IMG/VR virus record: IMGVR_UViG_3300028394_000053
Span: 1-64,000 of that record
DNA from: a virus
DNA length: 64,000 nt
Direction: 5' to 3' (one strand)
A program made the position numbers and the translations under genes. Below are positions 29,782 through 40,105 of the stretch, in pieces (position 1 is the first letter of the stretch; every line of letters begins with the position of its first letter). The notes beneath the pieces were generated by a model. It was not told the origin of the DNA. It ran no database searches and saw nothing but the letters and a program-made list of their open reading frames with translations.

Positions 29782-31292
29782 GATGTTTTTGTGATACTCA
29801 CTCCAGCTGGTAAAGCAGCTGCATCGGGCGGAGGACTTGGTTGTCCCGGTTGCACAATTGAAGACTGCACAGATACACCTTGATTGTGATAGGCATACGG
29901 TTCGTGTGTGGGTGCCCGGGTACAACAACTTTCAGTACCGGTAGAGCTGGTTTGCCAACCAGTGCTGGGATTAAATTCCACGCCGGGCATTAGATATTTG
30001 GTTATTGCAGTAGGAGCGTCTGCTGGCTGTCCGCCACCACTGTTGAGCAAGACCTTGCTGCCAGTTAAACTGAGTTGTCCTTCTGACGCCCAACTGCCTA
30101 GACCGCTCTTGATTGCCAGTCCTCCACCGCTCTTGATGGCCATGCTGCTTTCTCCAAACAGGCTGAGTTTACCTTTGCCTGCCAGATCAGCATCTCCATC
30201 ACTTTGTATACTGGTACCTTTGATGCTTTTGAGATTCATGCTTCCGCCAGCAAAAATATTAACATCTGCGTCGGCATGTAGATTTATTGTGCCTTCGGTT
30301 CGCATGTTTATACTGTTGGTGCTGTAAACATCAAGTGTGCCTTCTTGTCCAAGCTCGACCCAGGTCTGTCCGTTAGCATGACAGATATAAAAACAGTTGC
30401 CGTCATCACTCATGGTTATCTGATGTCCTTTGGCGGTCCTGATTCTGACCAAATTATCAGATCCATTTAGTGCTCCATCGTCCATGACAAAACTGTGTCC
30501 ACCCCGGCGTCCAATCACAGCAATGCCTTGTAGCGTTTGTTGATCTAGTGCCTTGGGATTGTTGGTGTCACCCAGTCCGCTTTGATAGATAGCGCGACCC
30601 GGAGTGCTAATTCCATAGCAGTTGCTTGGGCTTTCTCTCTGGGCACTGGAACCAATTGGGCCACGAACAGTGTCATTGTTCAAGCCTTGTTGAAATAACA
30701 CACCAGCCACATAACTGTGCACCGGTTTCTTTTCGTTGAAGAATGTGGGACTTTCGCTAGTTTTAGGATTGCTGGGTGCATTGTTTATTTCAGTAACCGG
30801 CAACCTTGGTGAACTGCTTAGATACTCGCCTTGTATGGCATTTTGAGTTTGTGCTTGATCTTGACCTACCGCACCAATAGCCGGGATCATGTGTGTGATA
30901 CCATTTTCTGGCAAGCATCCTATATAGTATCCATTACCTGGATCGTCGTTGACAAAAAAGCACAAGACCTGTGTGCCAATGTCAGGAGGTGTGAACCACA
31001 TGCCGTAACTCTGTTGGTTGCCATCTAAAAAGGTACCAGTTCCAGCACTACCGCCCTTGGGTGTAGCACCATAAAATGGCGTACAGTAGCTTACTGTGCG
31101 CCAAAGATCTTGATTGTTTTTGTCAGGACCTCCGAATGTTTCAATGTACACTTGCAGACGTCCCATACGAGTAGGATCGTTGTTGTTGCGCACTTCGCCG
31201 ATGTAGGGGCCAGAGGAGCCTGGTAACCCGCCACGATCTTGGTCAAAGGTGTTGGGTGTTCCGGTACTGCGTTGAAAATTATCTAAAGCCAT
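29778..31292 (-). CDS. gp5: Baseplate hub/spike, T4 gp5 / VgrG-like (OB fold plus beta-helix)
   Basis: DPTRMGRLQV..SYGMWFTPPDIGTQVLCFF OB-fold motif; GHSFVMDDG..RIRTAKGHQITMSD; C-terminal PTHEPY. Confidence 0.75.
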   Translation of the reverse strand: MALDNFQRSTGTPNTFDQDRGGLPGSSGPYIGEVRNNNDPTRMGRLQVYIETFGGPDKNNQDLWRTVSYCTPFYGATPKGGSAGTGTFLDGNQQSYGMWFTPPDIGTQVLCFFVNDDPGNGYYIGCLPENGITHMIPAIGAVGQDQAQTQNAIQGEYLSSSPRLPVTEINNAPSNPKTSESPTFFNEKKPVHSYVAGVLFQQGLNNDTVRGPIGSSAQRESPSNCYGISTPGRAIYQSGLGDTNNPKALDQQTLQGIAVIGRRGGHSFVMDDGALNGSDNLVRIRTAKGHQITMSDDGNCFYICHANGQTWVELGQEGTLDVYSTNSINMRTEGTINLHADADVNIFAGGSMNLKSIKGTSIQSDGDADLAGKGKLSLFGESSMAIKSGGGLAIKSGLGSWASEGQLSLTGSKVLLNSGGGQPADAPTAITKYLMPGVEFNPSTGWQTSSTGTESCCTRAPTHEPYAYHNQGVSVQSSIVQPGQPSPPPDAAALPAGVSITKTS

Positions 31293-31319
31293 CTAGTATT
31301 CTTTCTCGATATTGATCTG

Positions 31320-32804
31320 TTATTGATCTGTTCCTGTACGATTTTTTGATTTAAAATTAAATCTGTTTGGTTGCGTTAATCTTGGTCGTATGGTTTCATT
31401 TAGTTCGTAGGGATCAAATTTAGGAACTGATGCTTTTGGAGGAGCAGGCGGAACAACAACCGGGGTCTGTTGTTCAAGTTGGGCTGATTCCAATATTTGT
31501 TTTCCTTTTAGTTCTTGTTCAAATCGACCTTTACTAAAAAAAGATTTTACCGCTGTGGCAGTATAGGTGTTGTTCTGTCTTGGAAGTCCTTGTTGATTGT
31601 TCACATTCATGACTCCAGTAGAAAAATCATAATCTTGCGGCTGGTTCCAGCTGATATCAAAAACTATTTCTTGGCTGTCGTAGTTGATACTGCCATCAGC
31701 ATTGAACGGCGCAAACGTAAACTGACCATTGGTAATTCCTCCACTGGCTTCTCCTTGTTGTAACCAAGCAGGATCTCCTACTATACGCAGGGTGACTTCG
31801 CTTTGGGCGCTTGGATCGTAAAAAAAATCAGTAAGGCTGTCAACTGCGTTGTTGGTATAAGTTCCTGTTGCCTGACCAGTTTTTTGGGTAGTGGTTGGCA
31901 TGGCAGTGTAACTGTACTGGTCTCGATAGTCTGTGGTCAGCCGTGTTCTGGCTGCTACAGGTCCATTACCACCGAGTATCAGAGTATACAAGGTATTAAA
32001 GGCCTGTTCAAAATTTAAAATCTGTGTGTTTTGTCCTGTAAACCAATAGTAATAGCTTTTGTGACTGCCGCGATATCTACTTTTAGGAAAAAATGGTGTT
32101 TCCAAGTTGCTGACAGCATATGGAGTTATTAGATATGTCATACGATAAGCATAGTCTCGGCGTGCAACATCGTAACCAAGGCTTGTGGCCTGTACACTTA
32201 CCTTGTACCATACTGTGGTTCCTCCTCCAGCCTTGGGGTTGGGCAAAACTTCTTGAGTGAGAGGATCGACTTGTTGCAAGGCCTGATCCGATGCAAAACT
32301 GCTACTGCGCAAAATTTGATCAATTGCCTGTACTACCTGAGTGCCTTGAGATATAGGCCAATTTTGACTGTTGTTGTCTACTCTATCAGTTTTGGGGTCT
32401 AATGTTTCTTTGGCAGTATCGCTATTCTTGTTGGCAGTCTTTGATCGGTCAGTACTGCCAGGTTTTTTAATGGTGGATTCTTCCAAAGCCACTGGTTCAA
32501 ATATAATTTCGTAAACATCGGCTATGTCGTATTTGTTTTGTTTGGCCAAATCATTTTGATAGGTATTCAAGGCCTCTACCAATCCAGTAAAAATATAATT
32601 TTGATTACCGGTGGGTGCTGCCGGAGCCTTTGCTGGAGCTGTAGTAGTGGTCTGTGTTGGTTGCGCTACTTGTCTTACTCCGGCTCCTGTTCCAAGAACT
32701 GTTTGTTGATTATTTGCTCCAAACCTACGCGGACCTGCTCCAAAGCCCGAACCAAACTTTCCGTCGTCGACTAAATTTTGTTGTTTGTTTGTTAGATCAG
32801 CCAT
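31320..32804 (-). CDS. Putative baseplate hub protein (gp27/VgrG N-terminal-like)
   Basis: KSYYYWFTGQNTQILNF, LRIVGDPAWL, VKSFFSKGRFEQEL; upstream of the gp5-like gene. Confidence 0.55.
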   Translation of the reverse strand: MADLTNKQQNLVDDGKFGSGFGAGPRRFGANNQQTVLGTGAGVRQVAQPTQTTTTAPAKAPAAPTGNQNYIFTGLVEALNTYQNDLAKQNKYDIADVYEIIFEPVALEESTIKKPGSTDRSKTANKNSDTAKETLDPKTDRVDNNSQNWPISQGTQVVQAIDQILRSSSFASDQALQQVDPLTQEVLPNPKAGGGTTVWYKVSVQATSLGYDVARRDYAYRMTYLITPYAVSNLETPFFPKSRYRGSHKSYYYWFTGQNTQILNFEQAFNTLYTLILGGNGPVAARTRLTTDYRDQYSYTAMPTTTQKTGQATGTYTNNAVDSLTDFFYDPSAQSEVTLRIVGDPAWLQQGEASGGITNGQFTFAPFNADGSINYDSQEIVFDISWNQPQDYDFSTGVMNVNNQQGLPRQNNTYTATAVKSFFSKGRFEQELKGKQILESAQLEQQTPVVVPPAPPKASVPKFDPYELNETIRPRLTQPNRFNFKSKNRTGTDQ

Positions 32805-32806
32805 GC

Positions 32807-34432
32807 TTATGCTCCTACCTGGGTTGGTGAGTCACTTTCACCGGTAAAGTTGCCCAACGCATCTACACCGGCACTGGTTGATCGTGGATTAGGAGGACCG
32901 GGCGGAATGTTAGAACTTGACGGTGTTGCCTGTGGTGTTCTCTCGCCTGCCAGTGGCGGTAGTTGTGATAAAGGTGCATTTCCTCTTAGCAGATCTTTCA
33001 CAGTGGTTCCTGACAGCTGGAAAGGAAAAGGTATAGTTCCTCTATTTTGACCTATGGCAACGTTTTGTGCCACCGGCTTGGCTTCAATGTTGTATTCAAC
33101 TTGTGCTTTAGCTACACGAAAAGTAAGTTTAGTCAGAGTAAATGGATATATTTTTTCTACTATGGCCCTAGGGTCAGTGGTAGTGATCTGGCCTGTGCCC
33201 CGTCTGTTGTATCTACCTATTATGGGTGCTGACAAATTGCCTTGGCTGTCATATCCGTAAAAACGAACAACCAGGCAATACTGAGCTTTTATGTAGTTTG
33301 GAGTAAGATTGCTACCAGATGCATTGGCCCGGCGGTCTTGAGAGGCGTAGTCAGGAACAGTTGGATCAATAAATGTGCCGCCCGGAGTGTTTATTTCTCT
33401 AACTGCTCGATAGAGATTTTGTATCAAGGTTATTCCGTTGGGTTCAGTTACTTTAAATTTGATATCAGTGGCACAGTGGGCCATCTGGGTTCCTCCTCCG
33501 GGCGCGCTGGATGTTATTTCTAAATCATCTATATAGTAATCAACAGGAAACATTGCACTACGTCCGCCCGGACTTGATGCGCCGGTAGAATTATTGCTTG
33601 TTGTTGTTGGAGCTCCGCCGCTTTGCATCAACAGTGTCCAGCCAGCTACACTGCGTTGGGGAGAATTTATTAATTGGTTAAACTGAACGTCGGTCATTAG
33701 ATACCAACTGATCTGGTATGTATAGCTGGCATATTCATCAAGTATGTTGGGTTGAGTGATGATACGACTATTTGTGGCTGTTCCAAATGTGGATTTGATT
33801 ATGTCTTTGGTTGAGTTACCAGTGATTACAGGACTGTCGGCTCTGCCGTCACCAACACCAGGTTGTGTGGCTGAGCTGGCTGTGCCCCCGGCAGCAACGT
33901 CCAGGGCTTCTTGTGGGCTGAGTCCACCTTCGACCAGGGCTGCAACATTTATTCTTCCAGTGTTTATGTTAGGAGCAGGAGTAGCTTGGCTTATTGATAA
34001 CTTGATTGGATCTGGATCCAGGCCCTCGTCAACCACAATCGGTTCTTCTACAGAACCCAAGGGCTCAGTAACTAGACTGGTTGGGTTTTGTGCTGTTGCC
34101 CCGTCTGTCCTGGCTGTCTGATTGTTGGCCGCTACTGCTCCTGAGCTGACCGGACCACCATCTAGTGGTGGCGGGGTTGCCGCTTCAATCGCTTGTCTTG
34201 CCTGTTGATCTAGTGCTGGTATTGCAAGCTGTAAGTCTTTATATATAGCGGCAGTGTCTGGGTCACCGGCGTCTTGTATGAATTGGGTGAATCGGTTGAA
34301 TGCTTCCATGGTCGAAGCAGACCTGAACAATTCACGACCGTTTGGCTGGGTAATGGTATAAAAAATTGTACCGTCATTGAAAGGATTAAGTGAAATGGTG
34401 TAGCCATCAATCACCCGTTTAATCTCAGCCAT
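32807..34432 (-). CDS. Putative baseplate hub-associated protein
   Basis: NILDEYASYTYQISWY, DYYIDDLEI, FKVTEPNGITL; located between the gp53-like and hub genes. Confidence 0.5.
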   Translation of the reverse strand: MAEIKRVIDGYTISLNPFNDGTIFYTITQPNGRELFRSASTMEAFNRFTQFIQDAGDPDTAAIYKDLQLAIPALDQQARQAIEAATPPPLDGGPVSSGAVAANNQTARTDGATAQNPTSLVTEPLGSVEEPIVVDEGLDPDPIKLSISQATPAPNINTGRINVAALVEGGLSPQEALDVAAGGTASSATQPGVGDGRADSPVITGNSTKDIIKSTFGTATNSRIITQPNILDEYASYTYQISWYLMTDVQFNQLINSPQRSVAGWTLLMQSGGAPTTTSNNSTGASSPGGRSAMFPVDYYIDDLEITSSAPGGGTQMAHCATDIKFKVTEPNGITLIQNLYRAVREINTPGGTFIDPTVPDYASQDRRANASGSNLTPNYIKAQYCLVVRFYGYDSQGNLSAPIIGRYNRRGTGQITTTDPRAIVEKIYPFTLTKLTFRVAKAQVEYNIEAKPVAQNVAIGQNRGTIPFPFQLSGTTVKDLLRGNAPLSQLPPLAGERTPQATPSSSNIPPGPPNPRSTSAGVDALGNFTGESDSPTQVGA

Positions 34433-34433
34433 G

Positions 34434-34733
34434 TTAGAATCCCAACACTGTTTGCAAGGTAGCTATCCTGGGCAGAAATATTTCAACGCCCACAGCAAAA
34501 TCCAAAGGCGGCTTGGTCAAGGTGTTGGGGTTGCGTTGATAAAACACCCACCACAATCCTGGATTGCTGTATAGATCATAGGCCAACAAATCAGGTCTGT
34601 ACTGATAGGTTAGATTGATAGCAAATGACAAGTCGTCCGGTAATAAGGGAATAGGCCGATTGGTCATGGTATCCAAAAAGAACTGGCTGTAGCCGGTTGT
34701 ATAATAAGCACTAGTACTATCGTATGCAGCCAT
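34434..34733 (-). CDS. gp53: Baseplate wedge subunit, T4 gp53-like (LysM-like)
   Basis: YRPDLLAYDLYSNPGLWWVFYQRNP..IFLP. Confidence 0.8.
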   Translation of the reverse strand: MAAYDSTSAYYTTGYSQFFLDTMTNRPIPLLPDDLSFAINLTYQYRPDLLAYDLYSNPGLWWVFYQRNPNTLTKPPLDFAVGVEIFLPRIATLQTVLGF

Positions 34734-36754
34734 TACCAGAATCCTCCTTTGAGTTGATTGCCGTTGGCAAATTGTTGTAAATTAAATACCTGACTTACCT
34801 GTTGACGACTTTGTACTGGCAACAAGGTTATGACTATGTCTATCTTGGTTGGCACATAGGTTGGATTTTCAGTGTTTGGGTTACTGGGCGTTGGCCTTGT
34901 CGCTTTGGCACCTTTGGGGAGAGATTTTCCAAACGAGTCTATTGCAGTGGCCAATCGCCTAACCGAGCTCAATGAGTTATTGGTAGTTTGAACTTGTTTG
35001 TTGCGCAATTGATTTTGATTCAGTTGCAAATTGTTACTGCTGCCGGCACGGATATAATCCACATCAGCTGGCAGATTGTAGTTGAAACTTGTGACCAATA
35101 CTGGGTGCTTATTAAATTGATAATCTCCAAACCCGGTTAAAAAACACATAGGAGGAGGTGATCCTAAATTCTGGCTTTGTCCGTAAAACATTTTAGTCAC
35201 TGATCTAAAGAAATGTATCACGGCCAAGAGATAATTGGCCTCTTCGGTATCCTGTGCCGTAAACGCAGCTGTTATAGTGACGTTGTCGGTGTAGCTGTTT
35301 TGGTAAAAATATCCGCGATAGTTGCTGTGGGTAAGATCGGTGGGATTGTAGTTGGCCTTGTAATTGGTAGAAATTTGTGGCGTATATGGAAATATAACTC
35401 CGTTGCTGGACTTGAGCGGGTTGAGTATGAAAGCATTTTCAGCATTGTATAGATAATCACTGTTGTCTGCTAGACTCAGGCGCAATCGCCAGTCAGTGTT
35501 GTTTAGGGTTCGTTGTTGAGTTAGTATAGTCTGTTGTTTTTTTACATTGGCTGCACCAGCTGCTACGGCCCTGGATTGATCACTGCTGGCCTGCGTGGCT
35601 GGCTCCACAAAATCGTAGCCTACAAATACTGGATTGTTGTCTTCATCTAGAGTAAATCCCGGATTGAGATTGCCGTCTTCGTCGTAGGCCTGTCGTTCAC
35701 GATAAGGATTGGGGGCTGTCAAGGATTCTGCTAGAGTGCCAGTGACATCCAGTTCCTGGGATGCATACAGTGCCAGCGGATCTTCTACGTCGGTTGGACC
35801 AGACAATTGATTGGGCACTTCTTCGGCATCTGGATTGGGTATCTCAACCCCGGTGTCAATCTGTGATTGTTCGTATGCAAACAAACTGGCTTCGTCGCGA
35901 TCTAGTCCGGATGCTACTGTGACTCCAGTTTGAGTTTCTACCACATCAAAACTGCCGTTGTTGTTTGGTACTACAGAATAGTCGCCGGGCACAGTGATTG
36001 TGCGGGCAAGAGGTTCTGGTGATGCATTTTCTTGGGCAAACGGATCGTCAATTGCAAGAGCCTGAACACTGGCCAGTGCTGTTTCTGGATCAAGCCCGGC
36101 CTCAATCTGGGCTGCTACACTTATTTTATTAGACGATACCACATTGAATCTATCGAGATTTGGCGGTTGTTGTGAAGGAGTCACCGTGGTTATTCGCCCA
36201 GCGTCCTGTGCCAGGGTCGCTTCTATTTTTAAATTTTCTTTTGCGGCCTGTACCTGCGTCTCAGCCAGCTCGGCTTGCTCACGTAAAAGATTCACTGATT
36301 GTTGTGCCCGGTCGTATGCTTCTGTGTCGGGTTTCAGTTTGTCAAGTTGAATTTGAGCTTCAGTTAATTTTACTATGGCGTTTTGTTCTGCTGCTTGCGC
36401 CCGAGCACTAAGTTGTTGTGCCGTGGTAAGTTGACTGTTTTCAGTAGAGCTCAATAAAGCAGTTTGCGGTGTTTGTCCAGCTTCGACTAGAGCTGCAACA
36501 TTTGTTGGAGGATTAGCAGGTTGTGGGCCAGCGGGGTTGTTGGTCGGAGTTGGCGGAACATTGTAGTTGGGCTGTGAATTAATTGCGGCCTGGGTTGCTT
36601 TGATTTCAGCAGGGTTGCTGATTTCGTTGCCCAATGCATCATAGTATTGTGTTGTGCCATCAGGGGCCACATTCATCCGGGGCTTGCCATCGGGTCCATA
36701 GGTGACCGTGTTTCCATTGGTAGTAGTAACTGTCTGTCCTGTTAAATCAGCCAT
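34733..36754 (-). CDS. Baseplate-tail tube junction protein (gp54/gp48-like C-terminal domain) with a long low-complexity N-terminus
   Basis: C-terminal GVIFPYTPQI..THSNY..AVIHFFRSVTKMFYG..PPPMCFLTGFG..PVLVTSFNYNLP..VPTK tube-fold motif. Confidence 0.6.
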   Translation of the reverse strand: MADLTGQTVTTTNGNTVTYGPDGKPRMNVAPDGTTQYYDALGNEISNPAEIKATQAAINSQPNYNVPPTPTNNPAGPQPANPPTNVAALVEAGQTPQTALLSSTENSQLTTAQQLSARAQAAEQNAIVKLTEAQIQLDKLKPDTEAYDRAQQSVNLLREQAELAETQVQAAKENLKIEATLAQDAGRITTVTPSQQPPNLDRFNVVSSNKISVAAQIEAGLDPETALASVQALAIDDPFAQENASPEPLARTITVPGDYSVVPNNNGSFDVVETQTGVTVASGLDRDEASLFAYEQSQIDTGVEIPNPDAEEVPNQLSGPTDVEDPLALYASQELDVTGTLAESLTAPNPYRERQAYDEDGNLNPGFTLDEDNNPVFVGYDFVEPATQASSDQSRAVAAGAANVKKQQTILTQQRTLNNTDWRLRLSLADNSDYLYNAENAFILNPLKSSNGVIFPYTPQISTNYKANYNPTDLTHSNYRGYFYQNSYTDNVTITAAFTAQDTEEANYLLAVIHFFRSVTKMFYGQSQNLGSPPPMCFLTGFGDYQFNKHPVLVTSFNYNLPADVDYIRAGSSNNLQLNQNQLRNKQVQTTNNSLSSVRRLATAIDSFGKSLPKGAKATRPTPSNPNTENPTYVPTKIDIVITLLPVQSRQQVSQVFNLQQFANGNQLKGGFW

Positions 36755-36814
36755 AATATTTTTCCTATACGATATTTATCGCAAAAATAAACCACCTATA
36801 TAATGATATAGAGG

Positions 36815-36847
36815 TTGACAAATGCCAAAAGTGTTGTAAAATAAATA
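36815..36847 (+). promoter_or_regulatory. Sigma70-type promoter for gp55 with an overlapping ATAAATA box; a divergent ATAAATA on the minus strand at 36773-36779 serves the tail operon
   Basis: TTGACA(36815)-16 nt-TAAAAT(36837); ATAAATA 36841-36847; SD AAGGAG before GTG 36868. Confidence 0.65.
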
Positions 36848-36867
36848 CACATCAAGGAGATTCACTA

Positions 36868-37767
36868 GTGGCCACAACCATACCAAAAACCCCAGCAAAA
36901 GTCAACTATCTCAACAACAGAGATATCTTGAAAGAAATACATCTAAGTAAAAACAGCTATTGCGCCTATCGTGATCCGGTTCTGGATCATCAGTATGACA
37001 TTATCCTGCCCACTGTGTTAAAAATAAATCAACGCACAGTGGCCGAAGCCAGACGCAACAGGGCTGACCGTGTCAAGCGAGAAACTGGGCAAGTGGTGGA
37101 CCCTGTACGGATACCTAATACAGATCTAGTGTTCCGCATCACTTGTTGGGAACACATACCCATGGCACCCAAAAAGATACCTAAAAGTGCTACCAAAAAG
37201 AAAAAGATCGACGAGATATTTGAGCTGGAGCTCGAACCCGAAGATCCGTTAGCTGAACTGATCGAAGAACCTATACTAAGTCCAGTTCATGTGAGATTGA
37301 ACTTTCCTCCGTTTTATCACTACCGATTGGACGATAACAAAGAACCGTTCTTGGTGGGCAAGAGCCACTGGAAGGGCGATCTAGAATACGGTGAGTTCAG
37401 CAAGGATCATGGTAAAATGACTCGTAAGCTGGCTACCATGTTCATGAAGCTGTGCGAACGCTATGCCACACGAAGCAACTGGAGAGGATACACCTACAAT
37501 GAAGAAATGCGGGGACAAGCCCTACTACAGCTTAGCCAAATTGGCCTGCAGTTTGACGAATCAAAATCGCAGAACCCTTTTGCATATTATACTGCCGCTA
37601 TCACCAATAGCTTTACTAGGATCTTGAATCTGGAAAAGAAAAATCAAAACATACGTGATGACATACTAGAAATGAACGGGCTCAATCCTAGCTGGACTAG
37701 ACAAAATGCTGGACGACGTAACCCAGATCATGTTGCCGGAGAGGTCGTAATATCCAACGAGGAGTAG
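36868..37767 (+). CDS. gp55: Late-transcription sigma factor, T4 gp55-like
   Basis: NYLNNRDIL, NWRGYTYNEEMRGQAL..FDESKSQNPFAYYTAAITNSFTRILNLEKK; gp55-gp47-gp46 synteny. Confidence 0.85.
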   Translation: MATTIPKTPAKVNYLNNRDILKEIHLSKNSYCAYRDPVLDHQYDIILPTVLKINQRTVAEARRNRADRVKRETGQVVDPVRIPNTDLVFRITCWEHIPMAPKKIPKSATKKKKIDEIFELELEPEDPLAELIEEPILSPVHVRLNFPPFYHYRLDDNKEPFLVGKSHWKGDLEYGEFSKDHGKMTRKLATMFMKLCERYATRSNWRGYTYNEEMRGQALLQLSQIGLQFDESKSQNPFAYYTAAITNSFTRILNLEKKNQNIRDDILEMNGLNPSWTRQNAGRRNPDHVAGEVVISNEE

Positions 37768-37779
37768 TATACTAGCTAG

Positions 37780-38796
37780 ATGACAAATCTATTTCGTAAA
37801 GCAGCTATCTGTACTGACATACATTGGGGACTAAAAAGCAACAGCCTGGTCCACAATAGAGATTGTGAAGCATTTGTTGATTGGTTTATTGCCACTGCCA
37901 AAGCGCAAGGTTGCGAAACCGGTATGTTCCTGGGCGATTGGCACAATCATCGTGCATCAATCAACCTGCAGACCTTGCAGTTTAGCCTGCAGGCCCTGGA
38001 AAAACTATCAGCGGCCTTTGATCAGTTTTATTTTATTCCGGGCAATCACGATCTATACTATCGCGACAAGCGAGACATACACGGAGCCGAGTGGGCCAAA
38101 CACTTGCCCAACATAGTCATTGTGAACGACTGGTTTCAAAAGGACGATGTCATTATTGCTCCTTGGCTGGTTGGTGATGATCACAAACGCATACCCAAGA
38201 TGACGGCCAAGTACATGTTTGGACATTTTGAATTACCACATTTTAAAATGAATGCCATGGTAGAAATGCCCGACCACGGCGAGATCCGTGTGGATGCGTT
38301 TGGTGGAATCGAAAGTGTGTACTCTGGACACTTCCACTTGAGACAAAGCAAGCGAAACGTGAACTATATTGGCAACTGTTTTCCACACAACTTTGCTGAT
38401 GCCGGCGACAGCAATCGTGGCATGATGGTCAAAGAGTGGGGACAGGCCGATCAGTATTTTAGCTGGCCAGGTCAACCCTTGTATCGTGTCTTGAAATTGA
38501 GCCGGGTGATCGACAGTGCCTCTGAACTATTAGCAGCCAATATGCATGTGCGTGTAGAGTTAGACATTGACATCAGCTACGAAGAAGCCAATTTTATCAA
38601 GGACACATTTGTAAAGGATTACAATCTAAGAGAGATGGCCTTGATACCGGTCAAGAGCACAGCGGTAGATGCCGACATGGCACCCGGTGAAATCAAGTTT
38701 GAAAGCGTGGATCAGATTGTCACAGATCAGCTGACCAATATTGAAAGCGAATTCTACGATCCAAAATTACTGTTAAAAATATATCAGAATTTATAA
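37780..38796 (+). CDS. gp47: Recombination endonuclease subunit, gp47/Mre11/SbcD-like
   Basis: Metallophosphoesterase motifs DIHWG, GDW, GNHD, GHFH. Confidence 0.92.
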   Translation: MTNLFRKAAICTDIHWGLKSNSLVHNRDCEAFVDWFIATAKAQGCETGMFLGDWHNHRASINLQTLQFSLQALEKLSAAFDQFYFIPGNHDLYYRDKRDIHGAEWAKHLPNIVIVNDWFQKDDVIIAPWLVGDDHKRIPKMTAKYMFGHFELPHFKMNAMVEMPDHGEIRVDAFGGIESVYSGHFHLRQSKRNVNYIGNCFPHNFADAGDSNRGMMVKEWGQADQYFSWPGQPLYRVLKLSRVIDSASELLAANMHVRVELDIDISYEEANFIKDTFVKDYNLREMALIPVKSTAVDADMAPGEIKFESVDQIVTDQLTNIESEFYDPKLLLKIYQNL

Positions 38797-38800
38797 ATCA

Positions 38801-40096
38801 ATGCCCGCAAAATATCCTATTTTTCCTATACAAACAGATACTGCCTGTTTATTAAAATGGTCCTGGAGTACTATATATTTTAACAGTGGTTCTACAGCAT
38901 CCTGTCATAGAACAAAAAAATTTGCAATTGATCCTGATAATTTTGATCAATTTCATAATTTGCCAGATAAGGTTGCTGCAAGAACTGTTATGTTGAACGG
39001 ACAGTGGCCAGCCGACGGTTGTCAATATTGCCAGAGTGTTGAAGAATCTGGTGGGTATAGCGATCGGCAGTTTAACTTGTACCAACAAGAAAATGTAAAG
39101 TTGGTGCCACCCGAACTGCTTACAAATTCAAAAGAAACTTCAATTACCCCAACTATTGTCGAGGTATATTTTAAAAATACCTGTAACATGGCCTGTGTGT
39201 ACTGCGGACCTCATCACAGTAGCTTGTGGGAGGAAGAAAATAGAAAATTTGACGAATCTTTTGGCAACGACGCCACAGAATATAGTGTTCGTTTATCGCA
39301 ATTTAATTCAAATTACGATCGTATGGTCAACGATTTTTGGAATTATCTTTCAACCGATAATCGTTACCAGGTGATTCAACGCTATCATATACTAGGAGGA
39401 GAGCCGTTTTTACTTAAAGAACTAGACGATAGTATTGACTTTTGGAACACACACGGAAATCCAGATTTAACATTTAGTATTATATCTAATCTCAATATTC
39501 CGCATGAACGATTTAAAAAATATATACATCAATTTGAAAGATTGGTGTTAAGAAATAAAATATGGCAATTACAACTAACTGCTAGTTTAGATTGTTGGGG
39601 ACCCGAACAAGAATATGTGCGGTATGGACTAAATCTTGAAACATGGTTACAAAATTTTGAATACTGTATTGATCGGCCATGGATATCTTTAAGTATTAAC
39701 AGTGCAATATCTGCGCTGACGATTAAGGGCCTGCCAACTTTATTAGAAAAAATCAATCATTGGAATACTCAACAAACAAAGGTTGCAGGTCGGTGGCAAT
39801 CAGAACCAATTATTCATAGTTTTAATACATCTGGGCAACAGGATAATCCGTACATATTTGGATCTGGAGTATTTGACAACGATTTTGAAAAAATATTACA
39901 GCTAATGCCAAAAAATAATTCTATTCAACAAGGACGGTTTCTTGCCATGGAAGGAATTGCCAATAAACAAAAGAATTCTATTAGAGATAATATCTATATT
40001 GAAAATTTAAAAACTTATCTTGACCAGTTGGATGTAAGAAGAAAAACCAACTGGCGAACTCAATTTGGTTGGCTAGACCAGGACTTTAGTGTATAA
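38801..40096 (+). CDS. Radical SAM protein with a twitch-like Cys cluster; paralog of 1692-3629
   Basis: CLLKW..SCHR..CQYC, CNMACVYC, GGEPFL, SLDCWGPEQEYVRYG. Confidence 0.85.
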   Translation: MPAKYPIFPIQTDTACLLKWSWSTIYFNSGSTASCHRTKKFAIDPDNFDQFHNLPDKVAARTVMLNGQWPADGCQYCQSVEESGGYSDRQFNLYQQENVKLVPPELLTNSKETSITPTIVEVYFKNTCNMACVYCGPHHSSLWEEENRKFDESFGNDATEYSVRLSQFNSNYDRMVNDFWNYLSTDNRYQVIQRYHILGGEPFLLKELDDSIDFWNTHGNPDLTFSIISNLNIPHERFKKYIHQFERLVLRNKIWQLQLTASLDCWGPEQEYVRYGLNLETWLQNFEYCIDRPWISLSINSAISALTIKGLPTLLEKINHWNTQQTKVAGRWQSEPIIHSFNTSGQQDNPYIFGSGVFDNDFEKILQLMPKNNSIQQGRFLAMEGIANKQKNSIRDNIYIENLKTYLDQLDVRRKTNWRTQFGWLDQDFSV

Positions 40097-40105
40097 TAAA
40101 AAATA

